Of a stretch of 64,000 nt of DNA, positions 1 to 11,097 are shown in pieces. Made by a program: the position numbers and the translations under genes. Source of the stretch: Macrostomum lignano (Eukaryota); contig NIVC01000591.1 of assembly GCA_002269645.1 (NCBI GenBank), positions 620,001 through 684,000 of the forward strand, written 5' to 3'. Within the stretch, counting starts at the first letter, position 1. Each line of letters begins with the position of its first letter. Under the pieces are notes generated by a model, which was not told the origin of the DNA, ran no database searches, and saw only the letters and a list, made by a program, of their open reading frames with translations.

Positions 1-422
1 GTAAAAAAAGTTCAGCAATTGCACGCCTAACCATCCTAATCTTAACCTACACTCTCATTGAACCCCGCAGCGACAGGATTCAAGTGAACAACAAATACAA
101 CTCTGAAAGCCGGGCAGTGATAGGACGAAAAAAATTGCTTGAAAGCAGCCACTCGGCATATTCCCACAGTCGAGCAAACGACCAAACCAAGCACTGAACG
201 GTGCTGTTACACCAGCGGTACAGTTTCTGCCTCGTCTCAATGCCACTATAGTCACTCGCATAAGCAATCCCAGAGTTGTATGCACTGCAATGCCTTCAGC
301 AACAATTTTAGACTAATATATACGCGAGCAAGTGCGCGAGAAAGCTACTGTTTGCTTAGTAAACAAGTCTAGAATACGATCCAGCTGAGACTTTGCGCTT
401 CTGACAAAAGAAACAAAGAAAC

Positions 423-1550
423 ATGACGCGACTCGATGCACAGATTGCTACACTGTCACTGCTATTGCAACTTCTGTTGCCACTTGGCGTACTATCTGCA
501 AGCAGCCTGCGACCTAGTCCAGATGCTCAATGCATTTGCAACTTTACTCAGATGGATTCCGAACTCAAGGAGCTATACAGACCTGGACGGAACCACGCCG
601 AGATGGTATTCAGCTTTGTGCACACATTAATATCATTGAACTTCAAGCTAACCGTTTATTTAAACGACTTCCGCGGCTGCATCAGATTCTGGCTAGATAG
701 GACCGGCCAGTGCGAAGAGGAGTGCTCATGCAGTCGGGGCTTAGTCTGTTGCAGAGACAGCAGCCTCAACACCCTGGAGAGCAGCGCTCTGACATTGAAA
801 GGTCAAGTGAAAAGTTCTTTCACAGCCTATTCGCACATTAAATTCCTTAACGATTATCAGAGCTCAACGTTTGATATAGTCAATGTTTTCTCTAGCGCCT
901 TCTTTGAGTTTATTAATCTGCTCAAAGAGGACAATAGTAGAGCGCAGAGTGAAAGGCAACACTATCTAGCATTCTACAAGCGATTAGGCCAGAGTAAACC
1001 GCTGGAAACGATATTTGCGCAGACGATGCCAGTGCAGAACAGCAGCCAATCGATCGTACTTCGAATAGCCGAGCATTATCACTGCGACACAACAAAAGTT
1101 TTGCCATTCTATCTAAACGTCTATGGCGTTGTGCTGCAGTACCTATTCATGAGTGAACTGCACAACGAGCTGATGCAATCATCGAGTTCAGGTCAAAAGA
1201 AAATCGCCTACTTTAGTGAGGAGCAACAAGTGTGGAAGAACTATTTAAGATTAGCTGACAACATGACCAAGCACATTATATTCTGCAGCACAAAGGAGAT
1301 ACGCGCTATAAGATCGCAAGAGATCAAGGAGAAAGACATGGCAATGCGCAATGCGGCAATAGTATTCAGCAGCTTTCTGATTATTCTGATAATAATCATA
1401 GCCCTGATTGCGGTATTCGCTTGCAAGACCAACAGGCAATTGACTACAGCACCCGTGACTATCAGAGATGAACCAGTTACATCGTCTGACGAATTCGAAA
1501 ACCGCGATCTTCTATACAAGCGACACTACGAGTCAGATGAAACTGTTTAA
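423..1550 (+). CDS. Intronless predicted single-pass (type I) membrane protein of unknown family, 375 aa
   Basis: Long ORF with an N-terminal hydrophobic signal peptide (LLLQLLLPLGVLSA), a Cys-containing ectodomain, a hydrophobic TM stretch (AAIVFSSFLIILIIIIALIAVFA) and a short acidic tail. No family recognised. Confidence 0.75.
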   Translation: MTRLDAQIATLSLLLQLLLPLGVLSASSLRPSPDAQCICNFTQMDSELKELYRPGRNHAEMVFSFVHTLISLNFKLTVYLNDFRGCIRFWLDRTGQCEEECSCSRGLVCCRDSSLNTLESSALTLKGQVKSSFTAYSHIKFLNDYQSSTFDIVNVFSSAFFEFINLLKEDNSRAQSERQHYLAFYKRLGQSKPLETIFAQTMPVQNSSQSIVLRIAEHYHCDTTKVLPFYLNVYGVVLQYLFMSELHNELMQSSSSGQKKIAYFSEEQQVWKNYLRLADNMTKHIIFCSTKEIRAIRSQEIKEKDMAMRNAAIVFSSFLIILIIIIALIAVFACKTNRQLTTAPVTIRDEPVTSSDEFENRDLLYKRHYESDETV

Positions 1551-2248
1551 ACTATATATACATGTTTCTATAATTATAAAAACGCACCCCCATTCCTATT
1601 ATGCATACTGTGTAATCTTCATTTGCACAATACTGTTTGCTGCACTCATTTGTAAACTAATTTACTGAGCAAAAACTTATTCATTATTTTTTGCTTAACG
1701 CGTTAAAACTTTGCGTGTATTTTACAAAAATATGATACTCTTGTTAAAATTAACGAAACAATGTACTACAGATACGACATTGAAAGTATTGAAATATAAA
1801 TAAACTCGTGTCTACTCGTATTATGAAACGCTTTCGCTAACTCAGCATCTTGTAAACAATTTTTGGACTTAAAGGCTACCTACAATTGATTTAGGGACTA
1901 AAAGTGAAATGTTCGACTAAATTTCTATTTTCATTGATTTTCGAAATAGCAGTTTTGCTTTAACTCTATTACTAACAGTAGCATAATGAAATAGGGCAAA
2001 TGAAAAAGGCGAACGACTAAAAACGAAATTTCTCAAATTTTATCAATCACTTTATTATATACAATTTGATGTTTAACAAGGTCAGACAGCAGGTGCACAA
2101 GTAGTCACACATGCCACCGGGATTGGCAGTACACTGTCGGCAATATAATCAGCAGTCTACATGAATTGTGAATCAATTCAAGCCATTAGTATTGGCGCCT
2201 GTCAAGCACCAAGGAGACACCAGCCTGCAAAAATTAGCCTGCCAAAAA

Positions 2249-2326
2249 CTACTTGCTCCTTTCTCTCATCTTCCTGCGCTTGCGTTTTAGTCTGCGCATT
2301 CGCTTCTTACGCCACTTGGCACGCAT
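2249..2326 (-). CDS. RPL41: 60S ribosomal protein L41 (eL41), 25 aa
   Basis: The reverse complement reads MRAKWRKKRMRRLKRKRRKMRERSK*, the canonical eL41 sequence with Q->E near the C-terminus. A TTTCAG acceptor lies 4 nt upstream of the ATG, and an AATAAA is about 190 nt downstream (forward tttatt, 2051-2056). Confidence 0.96.
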   Translation of the reverse strand: MRAKWRKKRMRRLKRKRRKMRERSK

Positions 2327-4564
2327 GGCGCTGAAATGGCAAGCATCAACAAGGTTGAACTTTTGTGCATAAATTCACCTTGAAAATACTTGTAAAGTAC
2401 TAAAACCTATACAATAAATCAATCTTAACTTAGTACTTAAAGTAGACTAAAAAGCACTTAGCAAAAAATAAACCTCATTTTGAACTATTAAATGAAACAG
2501 ACTAGATCTTTATTTCTCTTCTCTCTATCTGATTTCATTCCATAACCCAACTTTCTTTTTGCATTAGCTTTTTTTACAAATCTATATATGTCTATATATA
2601 TACAAATGGCACTAAAACCAAGATCCCACAGTCACAATACTCACAAAGTGCTAAAAATAGATGCTCTAAACACAATAATATGTTTAGTCTTTGATAAAAT
2701 TTCAGCTCTCTAGGCATTATTTACACTTCATTGCACCCAATACTTCTAGCTGCTTATGGCAAATTCTCAAGAACTGAAGACTGAGTATGGTATGCACTGA
2801 TCAAATTTCTGACCCCAGAAGGCTTAAAACCTGCTGAAATCCAAATTTGCATAGATGGTATATATACTGGGGTTGCCCCTTCATATTCCACTATCAAGCA
2901 TTAAGCACAGGTCATTAAGATCCTACACTAGCTAGATCTATAGGGCAAACTTATCATGGATTTACCACCATGATCCCAAGTCAAAGGAGTTGAAACAGTG
3001 GCTACTAGTTAGTGTACCTGCACCAATTAAAACTTTATATTTCTAAACAAAAATAACTCCAATCCTAACATTAGGTCTAACCATAACAGATAAGGTTTTA
3101 AAAATATAAATTATATTGCTAAGCTTATCAAAGGTATACAATAACCTAAACATAGAAAAATATTTCTATAAAATTCAGTTAATATTATACAATCAAAATT
3201 GTAAGAAAATTTATAGTTTTTCCATTTTAGAAGTAGGACTTGGAATCCCTAGACTTTATTATATTTAGCTCAAATTTAAACTATGCTAGATTTTTCCTTT
3301 CTCGCGTTAGACTACATCAGACTATGCTTATACTGCCAAGGGTCAATTCACACTACACATTGTCTATGATAATAGCCATTAGCTACAATAGAGTCCTTAG
3401 TTTTCCTAAAATTCTTATGGACTTATAATCTTACATAAATTGCTTAGTTAGATCTTGGCCAAAAATATTTTTTATTATAATAATAACAATATAATTAGAC
3501 AAAATTTCTATTTTAGTCAATTAGCTATAGGAATGCTAGTTGCCATCTTAATGTTTTCTAGGTTGGGATATTCACCCATAGTCTAAATCATTAACTAAGT
3601 GCTAGAATACCTTACAATATGCATATTATATGGTAATTAAGCCCTTATGACCCTATCCAATGATAATAATGCATTTTCACTGTAAATAATTATTTAGCTT
3701 ACAAAAGTCATATACAAAATTATTGCATTGTATTTTTGTAAACAAAAGAATAGCAAACAAACTAGTAACTGACTAAATAGACAGAATTACTATCAACTAC
3801 TTTACATTGCTGAATATATAAGTGAAAAAAAACCACAAAAAGGCATTTTAAAAGTTTGAGTTGACTGATTTGCAATTCATTATTAAACAATAAATTTTAA
3901 GACTTTTAGACCATAAAGAAGGCTAATTTTTTCAATACTTACAAAACAAAAAGTAATCTGTGTTTTACTTTTTATTTTATTTAAAAAGATAAAGTATTTT
4001 TAAAGATTTTCAAGTTTTTCGAAAACCACATAAACTTTACAAAAATCATACTAATTTAAAGTGCAAATGCAAAGTTTGCCAGCAAACATCTTTCTCTAAA
4101 AGTAAATATACTGCTAATTCTTTGTTGCAAAATAATCTTTAAGTTGTTTTTTTTCATTTAAATATCAACTTGCATAGTATTAGTATATGCAATATGCTTA
4201 TACTTAAACTTAAAATTTTCAAGTAAAAAATTGTACCACAAAATGTGAATTTGTGAACCCAGCATCCAAATCAAATGCTTCCTATAGGCTTATGAGGCAA
4301 CAAAGAACAAAGAAATTACACTTAAATATATATCATTGTGGCATAGGCATTCCTTTGGTTTACGATCATTGAAATTGGTGACGATCCCCATTGGAAAGAT
4401 AGGGAAGATACAAAAGTGTTGTTTATTTCTTCAACTTGCAAAAAACAGTAGACAAGCACTGCAATCCTTTTTATTTATACATCATAACACAAGTAGCACA
4501 CATGTTTGAATAAAAAAGGTGGATTTTTAGTGATCCATTTCACCGCTGCAAGAATCCAAAGATG

Positions 4565-5400
4565 ATCCTATATATCCACTTCGGTTTGCGATCATTTAAA
4601 TGGGAGTAATACATGTAAATGATTGTGAACCGAAGCTAGCCATGTATTGAGATAGGGCTTGATTTCAGATAAAGCTTGTAGCTATCTCAATACATGGCTA
4701 GCTTTGGTTCACGATCATTTACATATATTACTCCCATTTAAATGATTGTAAACTGAAGCTGAGGGGGGTGCCAGTGTGCAGAGAATAATAAAGCATCAAG
4801 TTACTTAGCAGTGCACATTAACTCGACATTTTAATCGCCAACAAGTCCCACCAGTTGAACTAATAACCACTTCAACATACATGTCTTCAACACCCCCCTC
4901 AGCTTCGGTACACAATCATTTAAATGGAAGCAATGCATGAAAATGATTGTGAACCGAAGCTAGCCATGTATCAAGATAGGGCTTGATTTCAGATAAAGCT
5001 TGTAGCTATCTCAATACATGGCTAGCTTTGGTTCACGATCATTTTCATGCATTGCTTCCATTTAAATGATTGTAAACCAAAGTGGATATATAGGATCCCG
5101 CGTCTTCTTGGATTCATTTTTGGAAATTGAAATCATGCACTAACCCCCTTAACTATCTCGATACATGGCTAGCTTCGGTTCACGATCATCTACATGTATT
5201 ACTCCCATTTAAATGACTGTAAACTGAAGTGGATTTATAGAATCGTCTTCTCGGATTCATTTTTGGAAATTGAATTCATGCACTAACCCTCTCAACTAGC
5301 TATCTCAATACATGGCTAGCTTTGGTTCACGATCATTTACATGTATTGTTTCTATTTAAATGATCATAAACTGAAGTGGATATATAGGATCCTCGTCATT
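4565..5400. repeat. Nested foldback (inverted) repeat array, MITE/foldback-like
   Basis: Two hairpins with about 75-95-bp arms (4579-4758 and about 4904-5083) share the loop GGCTTGATTTCAGATAAAGCTTGTAG. The outer ends 4565-4582 and 5080-5097 are also inverted. Further arm copies occur at about 5151-5240 and 5297-5390. Confidence 0.85.
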
Positions 5401-6559
5401 GCCATTGCAATGCCATGAAAGTAACCATTTGTTGGCTATTCTGTTCAGTTTTTCTAAGGTAACATTTAAGCTCAGTTTAACAATTTTGTTTATTTCAAGC
5501 AAGCTACAATCAATTATATGGAAAATTACATGGGGATCGTGAACCGAAATGTACGTGGAAAAATGATCATAAACCGAAGGAATGCCGTGGCATGTATATA
5601 AGAAAAAAAGAATTTTTCAAATTGCTTCAGTAGAAACTGAGTAAAATGCAATTTTTTGATCTTTATGGGAATTTGTATGCTTTTAATAAATTTACAGTTG
5701 AATACAGTATTTATTGCAAACAAACTCTACAAAATACATATTGTCAATAGTAACAAAAGTGATAAACAAATAAACCATTAAAAGAATTTTAAATATGTTG
5801 TAGCATCATAGAATATAATATTATAAGATACTCTAAGTTAATACATACATTATTAAAGTTTTATTATAGTCATTTTAGGTCATAATTAAATTTACTGTTT
5901 TAACAAATTATTTTATAAAAAAAGGCTATGCGTAAATAATTTGGGCTTTTAAAGATGTTTTTAACTTTTTAAAACTTAAATAAATATTTTTACAGATTTT
6001 TTGCTTTCAAATTACCAAAAAACAAATTTTTCAAAAAACTTGCCCCTAATTTTTGGATTTTGCCATACAATTAAATAATTGCCATATATAAATAATATTT
6101 TAAATTTAATTTAAATATGGTTTAGAAAATTCTATTTTTCTATTATTTTCTAAAATTTTGTCTAGAAAGGCAGGCAAGCTAGGCCCTACTCTCCTTGAAA
6201 ATTTATTATATCTAATCATAGAAAAATATCTAATATTCTTCTCTTTATTATATTGTAGATAAAATTGACTTAGGCTAGGTAAAAGCTAAACCAGAGAGAG
6301 AAAAAATATTTGGAATAGGCCCCTACTTGGAATTGAATTGACCAAATATTTACTTTGAATTGGAATTAGAAATTTGACAATCTAAATTATACTGAATAAT
6401 TGCTTTGTGATATGCCTAGATAGGTCTTTTCACATATTCATTTAGGATATTTTGATGATTATTTATTTGTAAGCAAATAACTTTGCAATGCAAAAAGCAA
6501 AAAATCAAAAAAAACAAATAGGCCTAGGCTTATGAACTGAAAGAAAAGAAAAATATAGG

Positions 6560-6895
6560 CCTACTCAGCAATATATTAAAGTTTCCACTCCAAAGCCAGC
6601 CAGTGGTGAACTGATGAATTATTTGTCAATTGAATAGTGAATTAATTAATTTATTAATCTAAATCAATATAATCATTGTAAATACACTAATGTCAGTTTA
6701 TTTTTCCTCATATAAGCTTGATTCGATTGTGAAATCAGCCTAGAAAACATGAGGCCGCTGGCATGGTAGGGCGTAGGCAGGCGACAGGCCTAGGAATTGC
6801 ATCACTTGGGGTTGGGGCTAAGATCTGAGGGAAGTTAGGCCTAGTTGACCACTGGTTTTGGAGTGGAAACTTATAACATGTTGCTCAGTGTACTT
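6560..6895. repeat. Degenerate ~45-bp inverted repeat pair (old MITE-like)
   Basis: ctcagcaa..aagtttccactccaaa..ccagtggt (about 6563-6610) is inverted relative to accactggttttggagtggaaactt..ttgctcag (about 6849-6888). Confidence 0.5.
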
Positions 6896-6999
6896 TTTCA
6901 TGTCAATCTTGACTTTGTCTTTTAAAACCAGCAAGGATAAAAATATAATGCATATACTTGTCTGACGCTCTGATTTTATATCGCGCACGCAGCATTTAC

Positions 7000-7026
7000 C
7001 AGCTCCAGCTGTAGTAAGAGCAAGAG
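7000..7026 (-). promoter_or_regulatory. Candidate 5'-TOP-type non-coding first exon of RPL41
   Basis: The minus strand reads CTCTTGCTCTTACTACAGCTGGAGCTG|GTAAAT: a pyrimidine-rich start followed by a splice donor. Pairing with the acceptor at about 2331 is inference. Confidence 0.4.
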
Positions 7027-9582
7027 TATGTGCATTTAAACTTGCACAAAAAATCGTTTAATGGACTAATAAATAAACAAAAACTAGAGACTTTTAGACT
7101 CATGTCAGCCTTCAGTAAACTAGGAGCTTATCATCATTTATATTGAAATCAGTAAAATTACTAAAATTTAAAATTTATAACGTTGAGTGTTCATATATTG
7201 TCGATGTATCACTTCTTCTTTTTCCAACAGTTATGGATCGACAAAAAACGGGTTTTACAGTGTATAAAAATTAATTAAAGTACGTATATAGCTCAATAGT
7301 GTAACTAATGTTCCTTTCTGCGAAATTCCGTAATCAATATAATACTGTAAGTCACCCAGAAGAGATTTAAAATATGAGGTCTGCATTTAGGTTTTAAACG
7401 GTGATGAGGACGCATTTTTTCCAAAATTTCACGCTCGCACAAGGGTTCCAAACTTGTTAGCCCATGGGCTATGGGTTAGGCTATGGGCATTTTTCTTTCT
7501 TTTCTGTAATTTTCCAAGAATTTATACTAGTAGGATTTTTGTAGCTATATGATTTTGCCATACTTGCAGTCATAATACCATAGTTACATCATAATCCCGG
7601 GCCGGGCTTACCGCTGCGAAGCGCTAAGCCGATTCGGTCACTGTGGATTACCTGGTCTCCGGCTGTTGAGTTTCTGATTGGTTGGATGAGAGGCTACCTA
7701 CTAGACTTGCTTGATTAGGTGATTCCGGCTTATCTACTGTCCCCTAGTGCTATATAATCGAGGCAGAAATCATTAAACAATAATCTTAGTAGCCTACTCC
7801 GATTCAATATCTGAAGTGTTAAGTGATCCAGCGAGAAGGTTCTATCTGACAGTTATTTTTATCGGTTTTATTTTTTTTTCGCTGATGCTCAGATGAGGGG
7901 CTATGCTAGTAGGCGCCGGTCACAGTGTACCAATGGCAAAGCAGTTCTCAGTCGTTCAACTTATCAAATCAGTTAGCGAAATTGCCAATAGTGCAAAATC
8001 GGTGCTAGAGATGTTCTTCTTCTGTACACTCTTAGGTTCGCCAAGCGGCTCGGGCCTGTGTAACAATGCAGTAGTGACTGATCGTGCGATCTTTAATTAA
8101 GTTCGAGTTAGTCTATCATCAGCGCTATGAGAGGCTAGTTGGCGCGTTGAAGGCCAAAGGTACAATTCTTCGTATTTAGCAATGTAATAGTACATGTAGC
8201 TACCCCATAGTCTCGCCACCGCAAGAATCCCCTGCACAAGTCCCCTCTGTACCAGCTGCATGGTCAATGCAATCAAGTCCCAGCAGTGTCCCTTATCATC
8301 GGCTATGACTTCGAGATTGACAGCAAAAAGACACTAGTTGGCAGGTAAGTGCAAAGCCCCTTCTAGTCGGAAGCCCGATTTCGAAAGTTCCGGTTTGGTG
8401 AGCCAGGACGCACGGGCTGGTGGCAGCGGGTTATAGTTAATCTGCGGATTAGCTGGTCTCTAGCTACCTTCAAAATTCTCCCTGCTCGTCTCCCGCTGTC
8501 CCTCTCTTAGCTATAGGACCTAGACTGCTCGCCACAGATCAAGCTACCTTGGGACTGACCATCTGACAGGAGTGGGGGGCCAGGACTCTAATTGATTTAT
8601 TTCTGAGACCTGAGGCCCGGAGGCTTTAACGCCAAAAAGGCCGAAACCCATCAGGTTTGAAATTTCCACTAAAGAAAATTCATAACTATCAACATTATGC
8701 GTTGCGCGTGGTGCCTGGGCGGATGTCTAGCTTTCTCTGTGAGCGATAGCATATGCGTGCATACAAGTGTGTACATGGTGTACATCCTAGCTATGAGTTT
8801 CACATGGCATGTACCACTGTATGTACAACACGTAAATTCTTCACAGCTAGCAATATATACATGTGTAAGTCTAAAGCAAGGAAGACTTACATGTACTGCA
8901 TGTACATGTACATGTAGAGAGAACACGTCGCTGGTGTAGAGAAGAGAAAGAGATAATTAATTTACTCTATTACATATACATGCATATTGGTCACTACATG
9001 TACGTCCGCGCTTTCATTAGCTATATTTTCTTGCAGGAAAAAGACAACAACAAAATACATGCACGTTACATGGCGCGTTTCAAAGTCTGGGCGCACGCGA
9101 AGGCGTATTCAGCATGCCAGTGAAGTATGAGACAGACTAGGCCTACGAGCTAAGGTCTGCGATGCTTCACGCCTGCCCCATCTTCAGCAGGTCAAGGCTG
9201 GTGGGAGGTCTGCACCCTCTATTTGCCTCTGGCAGCCGCAGACTCCCCCACGCTGTCTCGCAAGTCGACCCAGGGGTACTCGTCCCCGCGTGTGTTCAAG
9301 GCAGACCCTAGGGCTGCTGGACAGACTGGGCTCCGGCGCTGGCGACCCTATCCAGTGGCTTCGGCCGAATTTGGGTATGCGGGTCTGGCTCGCCAGCCTG
9401 CAGGCCGTGGTACTGCTTAACGTACCCTCTAATGCCTAAGGTGTTTGACCGTGCCGATGGGCTGGAAGGCCGGGGAGTAGTCCGGTCGCTAGCGGTCCTT
9501 TTTTTCAAACCGGCTGGCTTGAGGTGTCGGCCAGTCGGGTACTCAACTCGCATAACGAGTAGCCCTCCCCCGCTTTTCAGCT

Positions 9583-11095
9583 ATGGCCACTAACGCCACC
9601 ATTTCTAAAGAAACTGACCCAGTCGCCTCTGGCTCACCGGGATCAGCCGCTCCGGTAGCTACCACTGGTAGCACCAACGCCCAACCTGGTCCAACCGGGC
9701 CAGCTGACGCTGCCGCCGAGCACCCTGGCCGCCAGTCTAACCTATCGCCAGTCTAGCGAAACATCCGCCGCAACCGTAAGCGGCAGGAAAAGCGGGCTGC
9801 TGTTGCGTCCGCGGAGGCCGGGCAAGCTGCGGTGAGGCCTTCGGGAGCCACCGCAGCGGGGAAGCCTTCTGGGGAGTCCGGTGGCGCGGCTGGGCCGTCA
9901 GGAACCGCCGTGTCTTCGGGCTCTCAGGGGGGCAACCCTGCCGGCCTACCGCCTTCCAAAGACAAAGCGGCCCCGCTCAAGACCTCCGAGTCCTACGCCT
10001 CCAAGGTCAAGCAGCCGCTGCAACCCGCCGTGATGATCCTCGGCGGGGATTTCGACCTGACGCCCGAGCAGCTCGACGTCGCGTGGCGTACCATCGACGA
10101 GGGCTTGCTCAACCTAACCCTGGAGGGCGTCTTCGTGGACATCGTCAAGTCCACCAAGGCGAACGGGTGCATCCTACTGTGGTGCAAATCCGAGGAGAGC
10201 ACCCAGCTCCTGCGGGATCAGCTGCCCAAGTTCGACTGGCACAGCGACCTGGGCCAGCTGACCTTCGCCTTGGAGAGCGAGCGGCCGAAGACCATCCGCC
10301 ATCGGATTTGGGTCCCGGCCGACAGTGCAATCAAGTCCGGGGAGCAGCTGCGGCAGCTCCTGCTCAAGCGGCACCCGGATCTCGACGCCAGTGGTCTTGT
10401 GTACCACAGCACGGTCCGCAAGGGCACGACCGGGGCCACAGTCATCCTCGGCCTGACGGAGGGATGGGCCAAGCGGCTACCGCACGGCACAAACCTCCAC
10501 CTTAGTCTCCATCAACTGACCATCCTCCGCTGTGAGGAGGGCAAGGTGGAGACCAAGAAAGACGGGAAGCGCGCCGCTCCCGGAGCTGGGGCTCATGCCC
10601 CGCCGGCCAAGCGGCAGCAGCAACCCGATCCCGAGCCTAACAAGGCTATTCGCGCTGCTGAGTCCGCCTCGCGCGGACGTAGACCCGCCCGCAGTAACCG
10701 GCGGTCCGGGCTAATCCAGCGCGCACTTGACGAAGCTGTCTCTGAGACTTCATCTCGAGCAGACTCGTGCCGCTCGCAAAAACACTGAAAGCCAGCCGAG
10801 GGAACTGGACGACGGCACGGCTCAGCCTTCCAACTGGTGGGATTACCACCAGGAGGACGCTGCCGGCCGAGCTCAGACTCCCGACGGCGGGGCGCAAGGC
10901 GAAGGCAGCAGCCGTACCCCAGTCGCTGGGGAGGAGGGCGGTGTAGCGCGGCTAGGTGACTCACCTGCCGTGGGCGCCGTGTCCGCCTCCGCGGCGGCTG
11001 GGGAGGCGGCTGAGCCTGAGCCAATGGAAATTGGCGACTCAACTCTCACCGATGAGGCTGAGAATGAGTTGCTTTTTTCCTCCCCTGGACAGTAG
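9583..11095 (+). pseudogene. LINE ORF1 (gag-like), disrupted
   Basis: The ATG at 9583 is in frame with the 9832-10788 ORF, with an in-frame TAG at 9754-9756. An apparent frameshift near 10740 leads into the 10727-11095 frame, which stops 2 nt before the ORF2 ATG. Confidence 0.7.
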
Positions 11096-11097
11096 AC

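Noticed and set aside
7500-9078. GC-richer sequence flanking LINE copy 1 (also 14897-16050) as a host element
   Set aside because: It has some protein-like fragments with stops, but I found no termini, TSD or recognisable domain.
9754-9756. Programmed readthrough of TAG stops in the LINE ORFs
   Set aside because: The stops are single transitions from CAG/TGG and co-occur with frameshifts, which is ordinary decay.
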